Shown: positions 27,763 through 42,114, counted from the first letter of the whole stretch. The stretch: 62,968 bases of DNA, filler included, from Jimgerdemannia flammicorona (GCA_003990765.1; 2 parts of 2 records of this genome joined end to end with filler, not necessarily neighbours in it); one strand, 5' to 3'. Notes: generated from the sequence alone by a model not told the origin. A program made the numbers and translations.

Positions 27763-30700
27763 TCTTATATCTTTCTAGTGAGCTTTGTTAGAGATTTGTT
27801 CATTAGATATAGCAAGATATACTGGACAATATCTTGGCTAAGCTCAGATTGTCCTTGGGCTGAAACTCTTATAGAGATGAGCTCCCAGACTCTAAGGTTG
27901 AGATGCAGCTATCTGGCTCTAGTAGAGGGATCTTGGAGATAATTGATTTCTCTTTTTCCTATAGGATCTAGAGCTTTTATAAAGTTGATGGCATCTTCTA
28001 TCTATTCTTGATAAGTTATATATCTGATAAGAACTAAAATATCACCTCTCAGATTATAGATCTTGATAGTCTTCATCTTTATTTTCTTGGCCTGATTATT
28101 TCACATCTGAGCTCTATTATCTTCTTTCTTTAGTATATATATAGTAATATTTTGACTGAGGTAAATTTTCTAATATAGATAGTTTTAGTAGTCTAGATAT
28201 TTTCATGATTGCAATATTCTATTACTCAGAAATATAGTTCTCAGTTATTGATTTCTTACTATTTTAGAAATCAATATCTATCTCTATCATAAGTTGGAGA
28301 AAGGGTAGCTAAGGGCTGTACTTCTGTTCAGTAAAGTGATCTTATCCATTGACTTGTTTTTTCAATATTATAGTGGTTTCTTAAAAAGTAGTTATCTATA
28401 TAATTATGATTAAGAATCTCAGTCTGCAGTATCTTTATCTTTCTTACTAATCTATTAAGTGGTACTGATAGCAGTAGTCTTGAGGAGAGCAGAAGACTTT
28501 TTGATGCTAGTATATTCCTAGCTAAAAGGCTCTTTTCTGATATATTTCTTGTCTTCAGACAATAGTGACTATACTTAGTCCTTCTTCAGTATTCTAGGAG
28601 TTGTCATCTTCTAGTGATATCCAGTGAGGGTTATCTTAGGGAATAAGTTCAGAGAGTTCCTCCTGCTCAGAAACTTCTTGTTCAGGGGTTTTTTCATCAG
28701 ATATTTCTTGACCCCAGATTGCTTGTACTTCTGTAGCTTTAGTTATAGGTGTCTTCAGAGAGTAGTTGTATTTCTTCTTCCTTTTTCTATACTTAGGGCA
28801 GGCTGTACCAGGTGAATTTCTTATTCCAATGATCTTGAAAGAGTGTTCAGAGCATTTGTATCTTTTGAGACAGAAGGGACATCCTTTAACTTATTCTGCA
28901 ATAGCTCTGATCATAATAAGAATAGTATCTTTGGCCCAATATGTTATTTTCTGGTCTATCATCTACTAGGTTTATTCATGGGTTGAGTCTGAGATCATTT
29001 CTGTTTTCAGATTCTTCTTCTTCTTCTATAGTAGATTCTTTGCTGCTGACATACTCTTTCTGGATTGTAATCTACTTCTTTTTCTTTAATTGCTCATAGC
29101 TAGTCACCTGAATCTGTACTTCTTTCCTCTGTAGTCATGTTTGAGTATTTGTTAGCCAATGTCAATGACTGCATTCATTTTCTTCATCTAGTTAATGCTA
29201 AGAATTATGACATAGGTGACAGCTTTGGTAATAATAGCTTTTGGGATAGAAAACTGAATGTGTCTTAGAGAGATAGTGATATTTTGAACTTCTCTAAGAG
29301 GTTTAGTTTAGGCTCTATCTGCTACTATAATACTGAGGTTGGATGGTCCATCAATGGACTACCAGAGGGTATCTAGAATTCATTTGGTATTGATACAGAT
29401 AGCTGCTTCTATATCAATGAGGATTTTCACCTTTTGTCTTCCAATATCCTATACAGATATGTGCTGACATATCTTTCTATAGCCTGAATAGTAGTTGGTG
29501 CTAGTTTTTGTGGAATTGAGACTCAGTCAGTACTAGATCTGGTAGTTCTCAATAGTTTGTTTTGAACTCTAGCAGGTATTAGTTATAGGAATTATAGGAG
29601 GAACACTTCTATCTTAGCTTCTTGAATCTTTTGTCAGTCTTCATTATAGATATCTTTGAGCATTATCTTCAGGGTATACTTCTTCTTGAGCTTTGGAATA
29701 GTAGGCTCTTGTTCTTCTTACTTTATTTCTTTATTCTCTGATAGTGGTTTGTTTGTTTTGGAGACAAAAGATGAGGGGAACCAGAGAGGTGTTTCAACCT
29801 GCTCTTCTTTATTTTCTTCATCTTTTTCTTAGATAATTCTTCTGCTGATATTTCTTAATGGCCTTCCTACTGGTCTCTTTCTTTTCTCAGCTAGGTAGAC
29901 TGTTTTTCTAGTAATAATCTTGGTTGAATATAGATCTAAGTTACTATAGACTTGCTGTTGCTTTTTTCTTCAAAATCTTCAAAAGAGTGGGCTTCAGTCT
30001 TCTTGTACTTATTTCATTCTTCTTATTTGGTAGTTCTGAGTCCCTTTGATCACTAATTCTGTTATCACATTCTGTAGTATAGTATCCAAACTATCTACAG
30101 TATAAACATTAGACTTGAGCTCTGTCTTAGACTGAATACCTTCTTTCTTCTTATAACTAGTAGTTTCTGATATCTCTGGATAGGTAATCTTGATTCCTTC
30201 ATAGTGTATACCCTCTGCTGTCCTATTAGTAGCTCTGATTTTTATATGTAGTAAGTTTTTCAATTTGTCCAACCAATTGATCTAACTTGAAGTTGAGGTC
30301 TTGGATTTTGTTTCTCTCTTTTTTCTACTTCTTGGCTGGCTTTCCTTTTTCTAATTTTTCATATTTCTGAAGGTGTCCTGGCAGGGTTTTAATAAAGAGG
30401 TCTTTCTTATCATCCTTTTTATCATAATCACTCCAGGTAATTTCTTGTCTAACATCAAAAAATCCTTGAGCTATACCTACTTGTTCTTCAGACTTTCTGA
30501 TATCTAGAGTGTGGATATACTAAGCAATGTTTGGAGAAATCTCATTTATTAAGGTCATTGGACCTATGATGTCTCAGTTGGTAATATTAAACCCAGCTAT
30601 ATATATTCTTTTCTGGATTTTAGTGAAGAATTCCCTGGATGATTCTCTAAGATTTATCTTCATTCCCATAATAGATTCTTGGACCTTATGATAGGTTTTA

Positions 30701-31361
30701 TTTTCTGTATATTTCTTAATAAGCTAATGAGTCATGACTTTATATTCTGCTTTCCAGATTGATACTATATAGATGACTATTCTAAGATCTGAATGTGTAC
30801 CACTTACTACATAGTTGATAATTCTCTTAGCTAGTTCTCTGAGTTAAGTCTTATAGATAACAACTTTTCTCTAGACAGAGAGATTCTTTAGAGCTATAAT
30901 TCCTTTGATTCTATTAAGGAATTCTCTTGGATCTTTTTTAGAATATCCTGCAAAAATTGATATTGAGGTAGTTATTTCACTATCACTATCTTCAGATTCT
31001 AATTTTGATTCTGATTCTGATTCTGGTTCTGATTTACTTCCTGAGTTATTACTAGAGCTTGAGATGCTTGGGTATCTAGAAGATAGTGTTATTAATTGAG
31101 GGCTAGCTGAAGATATAGTCTTTGGTAGAAGAAGTAGAGAGGAGGTAAGATGCTCTTCAGATGTGGCTGGTGAGAGAAGTTGGTAATAAATGGCTTTTGG
31201 TAGAGTGGGCCCTTGCTGTTTGGATTGGACTCTCTGAATATTAGCTATATATTTTTAAGAATAATCAGAAACTAGTACTGGGGGTGAGAATAGTAAGGTG
31301 GGAGTAGTTAATATTAAAACTATTAAATGAGTAGTAGAAGGAGTGAGGACTCAGGGGGAGT

Positions 31362-31365
<4 letters not shown>
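27763..31365 (-). mobile_element. Gypsy A, 5' half (gag, Zn knuckle, protease, Cys-rich insert, dUTPase N-terminus)
   Basis: IFAGYSKKDPREFL (gag, ~30940), CLYCR*FGYYTTEC (~30090), KILIDIEAAIC (decayed LIDTGA, ~29420), GCPFCLKRYKCSEH (~28870); reads into dUTPase across the TA target. Confidence 0.85.
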
Positions 31366-31438
<73 letters not shown>

Positions 31439-31538
31439 NNNNNNNNNNNNNNNNNNNNNNNNNNNNNNNNNNNNNNNNNNNNTTAATTAATTAANNNNNN
31501 NNNNNNNNNNNNNNNNNNNNNNNNNNNNNNNNNNNNNN
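31439..31538. other. Assembly gap / artificial contig spacer
   Basis: 44 N + TTAATTAATTAA (stops in all six frames) + 44 N. Confidence 0.97.
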
Positions 31539-33429
31539 TTTGTGTGCTAATTCTGCTACTAAATATGCGGCTAAGTATTAAGTCTTTTCATGTGAAATTC
31601 TCAGGTAGAATCTCATGTGAAATCCTATCTGAAATTCGTGAAAGTAACAAGAGTTTCACTGATAATGTTTTAGATACAGTGTCCGCAGTAAAAGACTATA
31701 CTAAATCGGAAATTGGATTCAGGTACTACCATCAAATGTCTATTTCCTGTTTCTATTTCATACCATACGTCACACTATATAAGAAATTACTAATATTATA
31801 TAAAATAATATCTAGTAAATATAAGATGCTCTTATAGATATATAAAGAATATAAGTAGTATATACTAATAAAAATAAAAGAGAGGTTATATACAAAAAAA
31901 GAGAAGAAGTTTTACTTAGTACTTAGTATCTAACTCTAAATAATATAGGCTCTAAAAAGAAGCATAGACTCTACTATATTAGACTATTTAAGATCCTCAA
32001 AAAATATAGACCTATTATATATAAATTAGACCTTCTAGCAATATTAGAAAGAATCTCCATCCAGTATTTCATATATCTCAACTTCAGCTATATATCTCAA
32101 ATACTTTTGAAGAAAAAACTATGTCTTCTCCAGATCTAATAATTATTAATCAACAATCAGAATATAAAGTAGATTATATTCTAGATTATAAGAATTACTG
32201 ATTTGGATAAGCTGCTAAGTCCATCTAGTACTATCATATAAAATGAAAAGAAAACTCTGAGTATGATATTATTAGAAAAAAAAAAGAACAATCTTTAGCA
32301 AAATATAGAAGAAGTAGTAATCTAATACAGATATCTAATATAATGAAAATTTCTGAAAGATAGTCATATATCTGAATACTCTCAATAAAGAAAAGTATAA
32401 ATATTCTGAAATAATCTTATATAGATAACCTACTCTCAATATGAGTACACAGTAATAATATTAAGAACAAATTAAGAATAAGATTACTACTGCTATTCTC
32501 AGAGCTATCAAATACTAATAGAATTCTACTAAACTACTTTCTGTTAATATATAATCTCTAGAGATCCAGATCTAAATAAAGCTCAATAATATCTTTTCAG
32601 ACTTTCTACTATTAATAAGAATTAAAGGAGTACTATAAGATAGGATATCTTATTTATCAACAAGCTACTTCTCAGTACTACTAAATAATAAGTTTGCTTT
32701 TTATTAATAACTATATCTATATTATTGCCAAAAGACTCTATATTCTTTTCCATATCTAACTCCAAGTCTGTGACCATCTCTATGGAGTATCTTCTGAGAA
32801 TATTATTAATTTGAGTAATAAATAATAAAGTAAAATTATTTTTTAAGTAGTCTGATATATTATCCATCAGTTTGATAAATATCTGAAGTTTAGTGCTGAG
32901 TTTAATGAAATAAGCTCAGACAAAGAAGAGAAGAATATAACAAATTATTATATACCTATAAAGCCACTGGAATTTTCAATGGAAATTTCTATAGAAATTT
33001 CTATAAAAATTTCTACAAAAATTCCAACTAGTAATTATAGTTATTTAGAATAATATAAATATATATAGATATATCCAATATACTATATTTAGGCATAGCC
33101 TCAAATGTGTATAAATACTCTCTATACTGAGTATATATATTATAACTTCAGCTTCACTTTCTCTGAATATAAGAATAAAGTAGTATTTTTATTACAAAAC
33201 TCTCAAATCTGACTGTTAATAATTCTAAGTCTGATTAACTTAGAATATAAGCATAGTATCTCTATCAGTATAAGAACCCAAAAGTAATATCTGGACTTAC
33301 TACAAGATAATTAGAACTCAGTACTTCCTTACAAAACTCAGAACTTAGAGCTAATAGTCAGTTTAATTATCTATAATATATTAATTCTATCAGTATATAG
33401 TTTTATTACAATATTGAAAAGCTTTTTTA

Positions 33430-34410
33430 TTTTGATCTTAAAATTGATGCAAAATATCTTATTTTTATTACTCATAATAAATCTATTTTTTATTCAAATT
33501 ATTATATATAATTAATTTAGCATTCTTAAGATAAAATATCTTTAAGAAAAAAAGAAAAAAGATATATACTAATAGTAAGTAAATTATTAACTAAAATAAT
33601 TAGATCTTTACATTTATTATATTTAAATAAAAAAACAATAATTATTATTTCCTAATATATCTAAAATGACTAAATAAACTATTAAACTAGAAATTAATAA
33701 AGATAGTTGGTAGACTGCTAAAGATATTATTAAATAAGTAAAAAATAAGACAATTCCTATCTTTGAAGCTATACATCCTGATTATATTGTAATTTTTACT
33801 TTTGATAATTCAACAGAATATTAAGCATTTATAGAAGATGTTTTAAATATTAATAAATAAATTTAAATTAGAGAGAAAATAAAAAAAAAAATAAGAAATA
33901 CAATTTTAGAAAATACTCAAATATAGTTTATAAATTTTGAAGATAATTATTTTGAAAAAGAAAAAAGAGGTCTACCAAAAGAAAGAAAAATAATTTTATA
34001 AAAAAGAGAACTGTAGAAGGATAATTTATATAAAATTTATTAAAAATATATATATTAAAGATAAAGAAAAATATTTTAGAAATAATTGTTATATATAAAG
34101 AATTTTAAAATTACAGTCTGACTTTGTTAATCAAAAATATATACTTGAAGAAATTATTACTACAGCTGGTTATAAGATTATTTTTTATTCTAAATTTCAT
34201 TATAAACTTAATTATATTAAAATATATTAGAGAGCTATAAAATTATTTACAAGAGAACATTGTGATTATACTTAGAATAGTTTAAATGAAACTATATCTC
34301 AAGCTGAATTTTTTTTTAGATATATGGATATATATTCTAAAGGATAATAGGAAAAGCAGCAGAATATGTTATAAAAAAATATCATTCTTATTATTAAATT
34401 TCTAATATAG
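33430..34410 (+). pseudogene. Decayed fungal IS630/Tc1-like DDE transposase
   Basis: Remnants NKTIPIFEAIHPDYIVIFTFDNST and LKLQSDFVNQKYILEEIITTAGYKIIFYSKFHYKLNYIKIY*RAIK…REHCDYT match the FDN…PKFHCELNxIE…W signature. Ends not defined. Confidence 0.8.
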
Positions 34411-34467
34411 AAATATAAATATATATATATATAATATAAATAAATTGATAATTCATCTTAATTATAA

Positions 34468-34553
34468 TCATCTGTCTCAATAATCTGTCTCAATCATCTG
34501 TCTCAATCATTTATCTCAATCATCCATCTCAATTGTCTATCTCAATTGTCTGT
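34468..34553 (+). repeat. 13-bp minisatellite (TCATCTGTCTCAA) x ~6.5
   Basis: Directly visible tandem units. Confidence 0.85.
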
Positions 34554-35811
34554 CTGTCTATTTATTATTATAAAATTTATATAGTATAATAAAATTATAT
34601 AGTAATTTCCTTTTTAAAATATATATGACTGCAGTTATAATCTGACCTTAACATAATTTTTTTTTTTTTTTTTTAAAAAAAAAATTATGTAGAAATATGA
34701 AAAAAAAAATTAAATAAAAATTCTGGCTCTATTACATTATCAAAGAATCATTCTATAGAGTCAGTTTTTTATTTTATTTTTTTTTATTATATTCCATATC
34801 TTCAAAGTTTATCAAAATTTATTGAGGTTTTAGATTGGCTGATCTGTAGATCTCTTTTTTCAATAATAATAATAATAATAATAATGAAACATTTAAACAC
34901 TATTTTCAGAGAATTCTAATTATAGATGTCAAAATAGTGTCGTTCAAAATTTGCTGCTTTTAGACCGATCTGAATGTAATGCACCCAACAACATTACGAC
35001 ACATGATGTTAGTAAATAGCCGTGGACTAGCTTACGAAAGATGTCAACAAAACACTGAACACAAGATCGATAAACGGGCTTGCTGCGCCATGTGGCAGGG
35101 CCACGTGAATGGCAGTAATTATAACGACCGTCGTCAAAACTGGCAAATAATGACGATTCCAAATCACTACCATTACTTGTAAACTTCACATGATAAGATT
35201 GTGCAGACTATGTAGGTCGCAGCGAAATAGAACACCGTGAAAATTTGGACAATGTTTACTTCAAATAAGCCTGCCGAAAGGTTCACCATATTAAGGTTTT
35301 CAAAGCGAACATAGAAATTGTTGATAACTTTTGTCACACTTTCTCAGGACCATATATTCTCAAGGCGCGGAATTGGAAGTTCAATAAATTGTATTTTGTG
35401 ATGATATATGGTCTATGAAACACGTAGCTGATTTCATAACCTCTTTGGTTGAAACGTGAAAACTATAGAGTGTGCTTAAACTAAAATATATAAAATATAT
35501 GCAGGCTCTTCCACGAAGCCACCCGGTATTTATTTTTCAAGGCGAATATCGTTTTGGAATTGGACAGACTTTCTTGTCAGAGCTTGGTTACTTTGGATGA
35601 AACGATTATTCTACTGCGTCGCCGGTGTCGATTGTTCTGCCAAGTAATTCTGCTTTCGCATCTTTATTTGTAAACAAATATGACCTTAAAATAACAACAT
35701 CTCACTAAAATTAGAATATTCCGCTTAGAGCGAATGCGGCGCCCCGTCAAATCAGTGTCGAGCGCTTGTATGTTTGGTTCCTCTAGTATCCTATACCGGC
35801 GACCCATCACT

Positions 35812-37756
35812 ATGCATCGTCCACTTCGAATGACAGCCCTGCTCCTAATACTCGTGGTTATCATCGCTCTCGCCACTGCCTCAAGTGCAGCAACCACTGA
35901 GGCACGCGTTGGAGCCCGCGCTGTGCTACTCAATAAAACCATCTGGATCTATGGCGGCCTCACTGGCGCAGATGGAAAAGTACATAATCTTCTGTCACGG
36001 CTGGATGTATCAGTGGGCTGGGAGACGTCCCATCCACCCTACGTCGACCATACCACCGACGGGCTCGGAGCGGCTCCCAATACATCGTTGGGTACCCTAT
36101 TCCCCAGCGCAGACCAGTCCGCTTTCTACTCTGTCGACGTATATGGACCCGGCCAGACATTCACCTTCGCAAAGTATGATATTGCCACCAGGGCATGGAC
36201 CCTGTTCCCGACGACCGGCCAGATAATACCCAATGCGTAAGTGTTCGAATCGGTTTGTTCCGAGAATCATCTAAAAGATCGAAAATATCAAGGTTCGGAG
36301 AAACGGCGCAATCCCACCAAAAAGATACCAGCGCACTCACTTGACTTTATTTTCACGTTCCGAATCCTACAAATCAGTGGTCCTGCCGCCCACGACAATA
36401 TGGGCAACACCTGGGTATGGTGCGGCCACTTCCCCACACACCGGTATAGCAAATGTCGGTAACATCGTTGTGCTTGGGTCTGTTGGGTATCGTTGCCGAG
36501 ACATAGTTCGAATTTGACTCACTGCCCAAACCGACAACACAGTTGTCTATCAGTTCGACCCCAATCTGCAGCTCTGGAAGACCAACGCCTCGCCCAGCCC
36601 CATCGCAACACGCGAATTTTACACAGCGAATCTGTTGCCGTGAGTTATAGGTCTTGATTTTGACACCGGAATAATGTAGTATTGCTCTTCTACCTCTTAC
36701 GCCTTACCATACGTTTCTATTGACAGTACTGGTATGATCATCGTCACCGGCGGCTTGTATCAGATTCAAAATGACCAAACATGGATTAACATTTGGGCTG
36801 ATATGGCCGACACACCGACCTACAAGTGAGAAGCTTTGAGCTTTGTGAAGTTTCCTTGTTTTTTCTTCTATGGTTTACTTATAATATTTTATAAATAGTA
36901 CAACATCTGGTGTTTGGCGCAACAACACAGCAATTGGCCTCGTCCCACGGCCAAGGAACATGCACACTGCCACTCTTTGTAAAAATGATTCCATTATGTG
37001 TATATGTTTTTTTCTTGGAATCAGCCATGGCTCTGACCTCCTTTAATTGTTAATGACGACAGCTCCGGATGGCTACACCCTCATCATATACGGCGGCTCG
37101 GCCCCGATATCGGTGAACGAGGCGGGATCAACGATTCGCCCAGAGATCGGGTCCGAGGAAACAGCTCTAGGTGACGTGCAAGTTCTAAATACACAAACGT
37201 ACGAGTGGTCAGGACCGAACATCACGGGCAACATTCCGAGCGCCAGGTTTGGGCACACCGCTGTCCAAGTCGGATGGCAAATGATTGTGATGGGGGGTAG
37301 GTGTTTTAGGGCTGGGTTCAAGATGGTTTCAAAGTTTTTGTTTCTGTATCGAATGCGATATGGAAAAATCTGCCGAGATCTTTTCTGAACAACTTGCATA
37401 TTATTCTAGGCTCCACTGGCAATTCCTTTTCCATCATACCCACCAGTGAAACAATCGTTTTCGATACCACCATATGGTCTTGGATGACGGACTACACGCC
37501 AACCATCTGGCCTGACGTTTTCAATCAAACCACCGATTTGCCCTCTACACCCACGCCTACGTCCACACAATCGGCCGCGCCCCAGATTCGCGTTGAGGCC
37601 ACCGTTGTTATCTCTGTACGCGATTTCGGCGCCCTCGTTCTCACCGCCCTCGCCGCTTTTACGGTTGTAATTATTCTTCTTTGGCGGAGGCGAGATTCTC
37701 GATGGCCCGATGGACACAATAGTGGTGACCAAGACGGTACACAACATTTACTTTAA
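35812..37756 (+). CDS. Kelch-repeat (galactose oxidase-like beta-propeller) type I membrane protein, ~7 exons
   Basis: Signal peptide MTALLLILVVIIALATASS; kelch motifs IWIYGG, IIVTGG, PRPRNMHTATL, LIIYGG, SARFGHTAV, MIVMGG; S/T stalk, TM helix, WRRR. Exons approx 35812-36236, 36378-~36455, 36543-36639, 36727-36825, 36899-36978, 37063-37296, 37410-37756, with GT-AG introns. Exon 2 donor uncertain. Confidence 0.88.
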
Positions 37757-38589
37757 TTTAAAGCAGGACGATTTTCTCGATCAACGCAGGTCGACTTTCT
37801 CGATCAACGCAGGTCAAGTCCTTTAATCCGGTAAGGGGCGGCGGCGCCGGACGCCCGTTGTTGAAGCGCGATGTGACGAGACCGGAAACCCCGGTTGTTA
37901 AACCCGATGATACAGTCGAGCCGGAGGAACCGCTAAGGCCAGGAGATTTAAGAGTGGATTTGGAGCCGAAATAGCGATAAACAGGTGACCATGGACAATA
38001 CGATTTATAATTCAAATTCTGTCTTTCTCTGTTCTTTATTTTATTATATTGCATGCGCCATCATGGCGAGGCTTGTACATAATAGTAATGGGTCCTTAAA
38101 AACGTAATTCGCGTTACTTGGTGTTGTCAATTATTCTCTACTCTGCGTGAAGGACGTGAATTTCATTACGCAATTGTTAGATTTGGGACGACGATTCCCG
38201 GTTGAGGAAATAATGGAAACAAAAGTGACACAAGTACAGTGACAGCCAAAACTGTAATAATGTTTTGTTATTTTTAATATATAATTATATTACAGCTCAA
38301 ATATAAATTTTATTAAATTCAGATTTTAACCATTAATAATATAGTATTTAAGCTTTTGAATAATAAAATTTTTATTTTATTTAGATAATCATAGATGTTA
38401 ATATAACCATTTTAAGTTATATTATAATTGTTACAGTTTTGACCCTTACCAGCTTCTAAATCTGTTTGAATTCACAGGTTAAGCTATAATAACTTTACTA
38501 CAATATTATTTCAGATATTTTTTAACACTTTATGGTATTTTTACTCTTAATTTCAAGCAATGAAAAACTTTCCATTGATATTTATAACT

Positions 38590-38850
38590 ATGATGTAGTA
38601 AGGTAGCAAAAGCAAGTTTTTTTACTTGATATATATCTTCAGACTAGAATATATATATCAAATTGAAGGCCAAATAAATGCTGAATTATATATTAGTATT
38701 CTTAGTAATGAATTACTTTAAATAATTAATCATTATAAATATAATCATATAAAGAACTATTCCAATAAGATAATGACTCTAAATATATATCTCATATATC
38801 TAAAAAGATATACAAATAGTTCAAAAATAACTCAATCCATATGTTAGACA
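38590..38850 (+). pseudogene. Tc1 transposase DDE fragment (second copy at ~40260-40490)
   Basis: QIEGQINAELYISILSNELL…Q*DNDSKYIS…FKNNSIHMLD, a decayed FQQDNDPKHTS motif. Confidence 0.75.
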
Positions 38851-40054
38851 GATCTGTGTAATATGTTTTCCAATTTAATTAACTATTTGAACTCTGATGA
38901 GTATAATAAGTATGATATAAAAAACTGAATCAGATAACTGAAACTAATTCTTAAGCTTATATAATAGGTTTAGATTAGATGATTGTATTTTTAGTCAATA
39001 ATAGTCCAATCTTTATATAAAGGTTTAATCTTTATATAATTAGTTATAAATATATATTATACTTTGTTAGAATTACAAGTTAATATATATCTATATAACT
39101 TTATACCAATTTGTTTTATATCATTTATATATATATCATTATTTATAGTACCTAAAAGTATATAATTTGTATTATAAATAAATTGCTTCTTCTGTTTATC
39201 AAAATATAAATTATGAGCTCTAGTTAGTAGCTAGAAACTCCTCTAGTATATATACTATATTATAAGATATATGAGTATACCAAGTATGAGCACTCAGTAA
39301 TAGAAAACATAGTCTCATTATAAATATGGTCATTACTAGTCCAGGTGTGATAAAGAAGTCCACTAATAGTAATAACAAAGTTTCCTCTAATAATAGAGAT
39401 ATACAAGCTCTCCTAGGTGATAGAAGTATAAAGTCCTCTCTGGTAGCAGAAGATAATTATGACAAAGGTGCTCACTCAGATATTTAAGGCAATTATGAAG
39501 CCCTCCTAAGTAGTCAAGATAATTATAATAATAAGGATACCAGTTGATGAGACTGAAAAAGTCAGTATATATAAGACTAGCAATGAGATCAATAAGAACA
39601 AACTAAAATCTAAGATCTAAAGTATAAGTGAGATCAATAAGACTGATAAAATCAGTAATATAACCAGCAATGAGATATAGCTAATAAGGCTATAGAAAAG
39701 GCCAATGAGTTTGAATGATGAGTTAGAAATACTCTATCAATAAGTAATATTTATAACACCTACCTCCTACAATATCAACTGATCTATGATAAATATAATA
39801 ACTAAAGTGAGATACTTTTCAGACTACCAAAAGCCTCTTATATTATATATATATTATATATATATTATATATATTATATTTCTATAGATATTATAGTGCA
39901 TATTATATAGATATTATGGAATACTTTTTAATTTATGAAAATTTCTTAGATATAAAATTTCTAGTTATAATTTGAATTATATGCAGTTCTAGTTTTTTTA
40001 CATATATTATATATTGTTTTTATTTTACTCTAGTTTGTATTTTATTATAGATTG

Positions 40055-40085
<31 letters not shown>

Positions 40086-40607
40086 GACATATATATCTCC
40101 TTAAGTAAAAGTATTGGGATTATAAGTTGATATATATCCATGTGACTTTATACTAATTCATTTTATATTATTTATATATCATTATTCACAATATCTAAAA
40201 GTATATAATTTATATTATAAATAAATTACTTCTTCTATTTGTCACAATATACTTTAATATAGTAAGGTAGCAAAAGTTGTTTCTTTTACTTAATATATAT
40301 CTTTAAACTGAGATATATATATTAAATCAAAGGCTAAATAACTGTTAAATTATATATTAGTATTCTTAGAGATGAATTACTTTAAACAATTAATTATTAT
40401 AATTTTAATCATATTTTAACTAAATAATAACTTCAAAAAAAATCCAAAAAGCATAAAAATGATTCAAAAATAACTTGATCTTTATGAAATAATATCATTA
40501 TAATACTTCTTTTTTATATAGTTTACTATCATTATACTTACATATAATCTTATATATAAATAAATCAGATTGTAGTAAGTGAATAATATAGTTACAAATG
40601 TTAATAG

Positions 40608-42114
40608 TATCATGTAGTGGTCGCTGAGTCCTTCAAATATGCCAGATTCTCTTCAAGATATATCTCTTAGACTAACTCAAGTTTGTTATAAGCAAGTTCT
40701 TATTGGAGTGTCTTCCCAAGGTCTTATAGTTCTCAAACTTCTTATCTTTAACTGTCTTGTTATCTCTTAGATTGCTTGCAAGGGATTGTGTATAAGTGAA
40801 ACCGGAACTGACTTTATTTCAGAGGAAATAAGAGGAATAGTTATACAAAATATAATTTAATGGTTGCTAAGATATAAAGCTAAATATAAATTCCAATAAC
40901 TAAAACTACTAAGTTCCAGAGTTGGTACTGATGGTTGTACAGGTTCAGGATGCTGGCATTATTTAGTATCATATCAAAATGCCAGTGCTGGAACAATTTC
41001 GCATTATCTCAGAATACCAGTGCGGGCATTATCTAGTATAATAAAGAACTTGGAGCAGAAAGTTCAGGACCATGGGGGCTTCATCATCATCATTACTGAA
41101 GGAGATGAGATCTGTGAATTCATCATGTAGGTCACACATTTTGCATATGTCATGTGCTTCGGGTATGTCACACAGGATGATGTCATTGCTGATGATGTCA
41201 TCATGTTCGGTGGGAAAATTGGGAACAAGATCTGGAGCTCTCCAGTTTATGAGGTTCTCTTCCACAAAATAAGGGACAAATGTAGGGTCTTGGAGAGATC
41301 TAACCTAGATGCTTGGGCCTTGGAATACTGAGATCAATCCTTGCAGGAATTGGTCTGAGTTGTCCTGAAGGATAGAATGCCAGAAGTCTTCTACTTCTTC
41401 ACTATTGAGGGTGATAGTGGACTGGGCTTCTATAGCCACTCTGGCTTCTAGTGTATTGATATGGTAGGATGACAGGTCTCTGAAGTCTGAGACTCTAACA
41501 TACTCCAAGTTGGAGATCGACTATGGTGCATGTCTGAAGATCTGATGGATCTTCCTAGTTGTCCTTATTTCGCATATATCCATGGGAGTGGCATCTTGTA
41601 GCTCTTGGGTGCTGGCCTGTGGAAACTTCCAGCAGAGGAGGTTTCCTATTTTGTACTCCTGCCACATTTGAGGCATTTGGTAGCAATGGTGATTCTTGTT
41701 TCTATTTCACAGTAGTAGAGAATAAAGTGATAAGGGTCTGCAGTACCCAGGTTGACACTAGGAGTCCTTCTTGAGCAGGTCCCCATGGCTCTTCTGATGT
41801 CTTGGAATATTCTTTCCTCAACTGAGATACCTTGGTGATTCCTTGATCTTGAGGTTTGGCAGGCAGCAGGCATTTTGTTTGTAGTAAGTCTTTGAGCTAT
41901 TTTGAGATTGGTAGTTCTTGTTAGTTGCTGCTACTGTGGTTCCTTGATCCTTCTTTTATATTCTTCAGGATGCTTGTGCTGTAGTCACAATGACTCACAG
42001 TTGGTCATCATTGCTCATCTCATATGTCATAAGATCTTCTTGTGCTTCAATCTGGTGGCTTGCAGGAAAGACTGTCTCCTATACTGATGTCATCATTCTG
42101 AGGTCACCATTACA
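40608..42114 (-). repeat. 3' LTR of B2; includes U3 ORF copy 3 (41873-41029)
   Basis: Direct repeat of 47818-49361. Confidence 0.94.

Noticed and set aside
31483..31494. TTAATTAATTAA palindrome
   Set aside because: Artificial spacer centred in Ns; the two halves of the window may not be physically adjacent.
31540..33400. Possible retroelement remnant after the gap
   Set aside because: Decayed composition but no motif or terminus I could assign.
34651..34940. T/A-run palindrome and CACTATTTT/AAAATAGTG inverted pair as CACTA ends
   Set aside because: Low complexity; the arms are only ~25 bp apart and no distant partner end was found.
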